DNA of 64,000 nt from Azolla caroliniana (lineage: Eukaryota > Plantae > Polypodiophyta), in NCBI GenBank assembly GCA_043228905.1, contig JBHGNT010000144.1:1-64000 (forward strand), written 5' to 3'. Below the pieces are notes generated by a model. The model was not told the origin of the DNA. It ran no database searches and worked only from the letters and a program-made list of their open reading frames with translations. The position numbers were made by a program, and so were the translations under genes. Below are positions 63,437 through 64,000 of this stretch, piece after piece; position 1 is the stretch's first letter; each line of letters starts with the position of its first letter.

Positions 63437-64000
63437 ATGTTGTTCACGAAATGAGATGACCCAATCCTGACATTCGAGTGTGGGATCATTGTCACTTGCA
63501 CTATGTGGTCGTCGGATTGTCCTTTTGCCATGTCATGCCCACAAATATCCCCCCACATTGATGTGAACCGACAACCCTATGTATTGCTGCCGCATCTCAC
63601 CACACACCCAATGTTCTCTATGTATTATGCACCCCCAAAGGTATTTATTTTCCTAAATCCCACCTCTCGTCTTCCACCTTGAATTGATATTGACTCACAT
63701 GCACCCCGAGATTTGTGAACAACTGACACATTTTGAACTTTGTCTCAAAAGAGCTTCACTCTCGTCCAATTCACTATTACAATTAGGTTTTAGCTTACTT
63801 TGCATCAATGCGTTTTTGCTACTTTGTGTGTAAATGCCCTTGCTAACACATACAAAGAAACCTTCGCAAAGAGAGGCATTGTGCATGTGAAAATGATGAT
63901 GTTTCTAAACTCACCAAGTTTCCTATGTAAATTAACTCACATCAAGCCAACAAAGGTATTTATTTTTTCTTATTTGGACTTTTCATCGTCCTCCTTATAG

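Overview
Eukaryotic land-plant DNA, probably from a fern or other seed-free plant (inferred from the TE content, not provable here). Two intact spliced host genes frame a deeply nested transposon graveyard: a SKIP24-like F-box gene (4252-7767, +) and a clade-A-type PP2C phosphatase (58797-63436, +). A degenerate minus-strand Copia element (10816-38290) hosts four later insertions: a 6.7-kb TIR DNA transposon (12620-19357, 4-bp TSD TCAA), a chromovirus-type Gypsy element (19687-26012, TSD TGTGT, with a LINE fragment in its 3' LTR), an unusual 3.1-kb gag-bearing element without paired LTRs (27333-30474), and a plus-strand Copia (31564-37567) that itself carries a solo LTR. The standout is the TIR transposon. 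Head-to-head with a Sola-like DDD transposase, it carries an intron-containing gene for a ParB-like domain plus a bacterial-type beta-class DNA amino-methyltransferase (N6A/N4C). A diverged second copy of one methyltransferase exon, with the same splice donor position, lies at 9700-9872. All TE ORFs here are pseudogenised. Domain calls come from motif recognition by eye; no searches were run.
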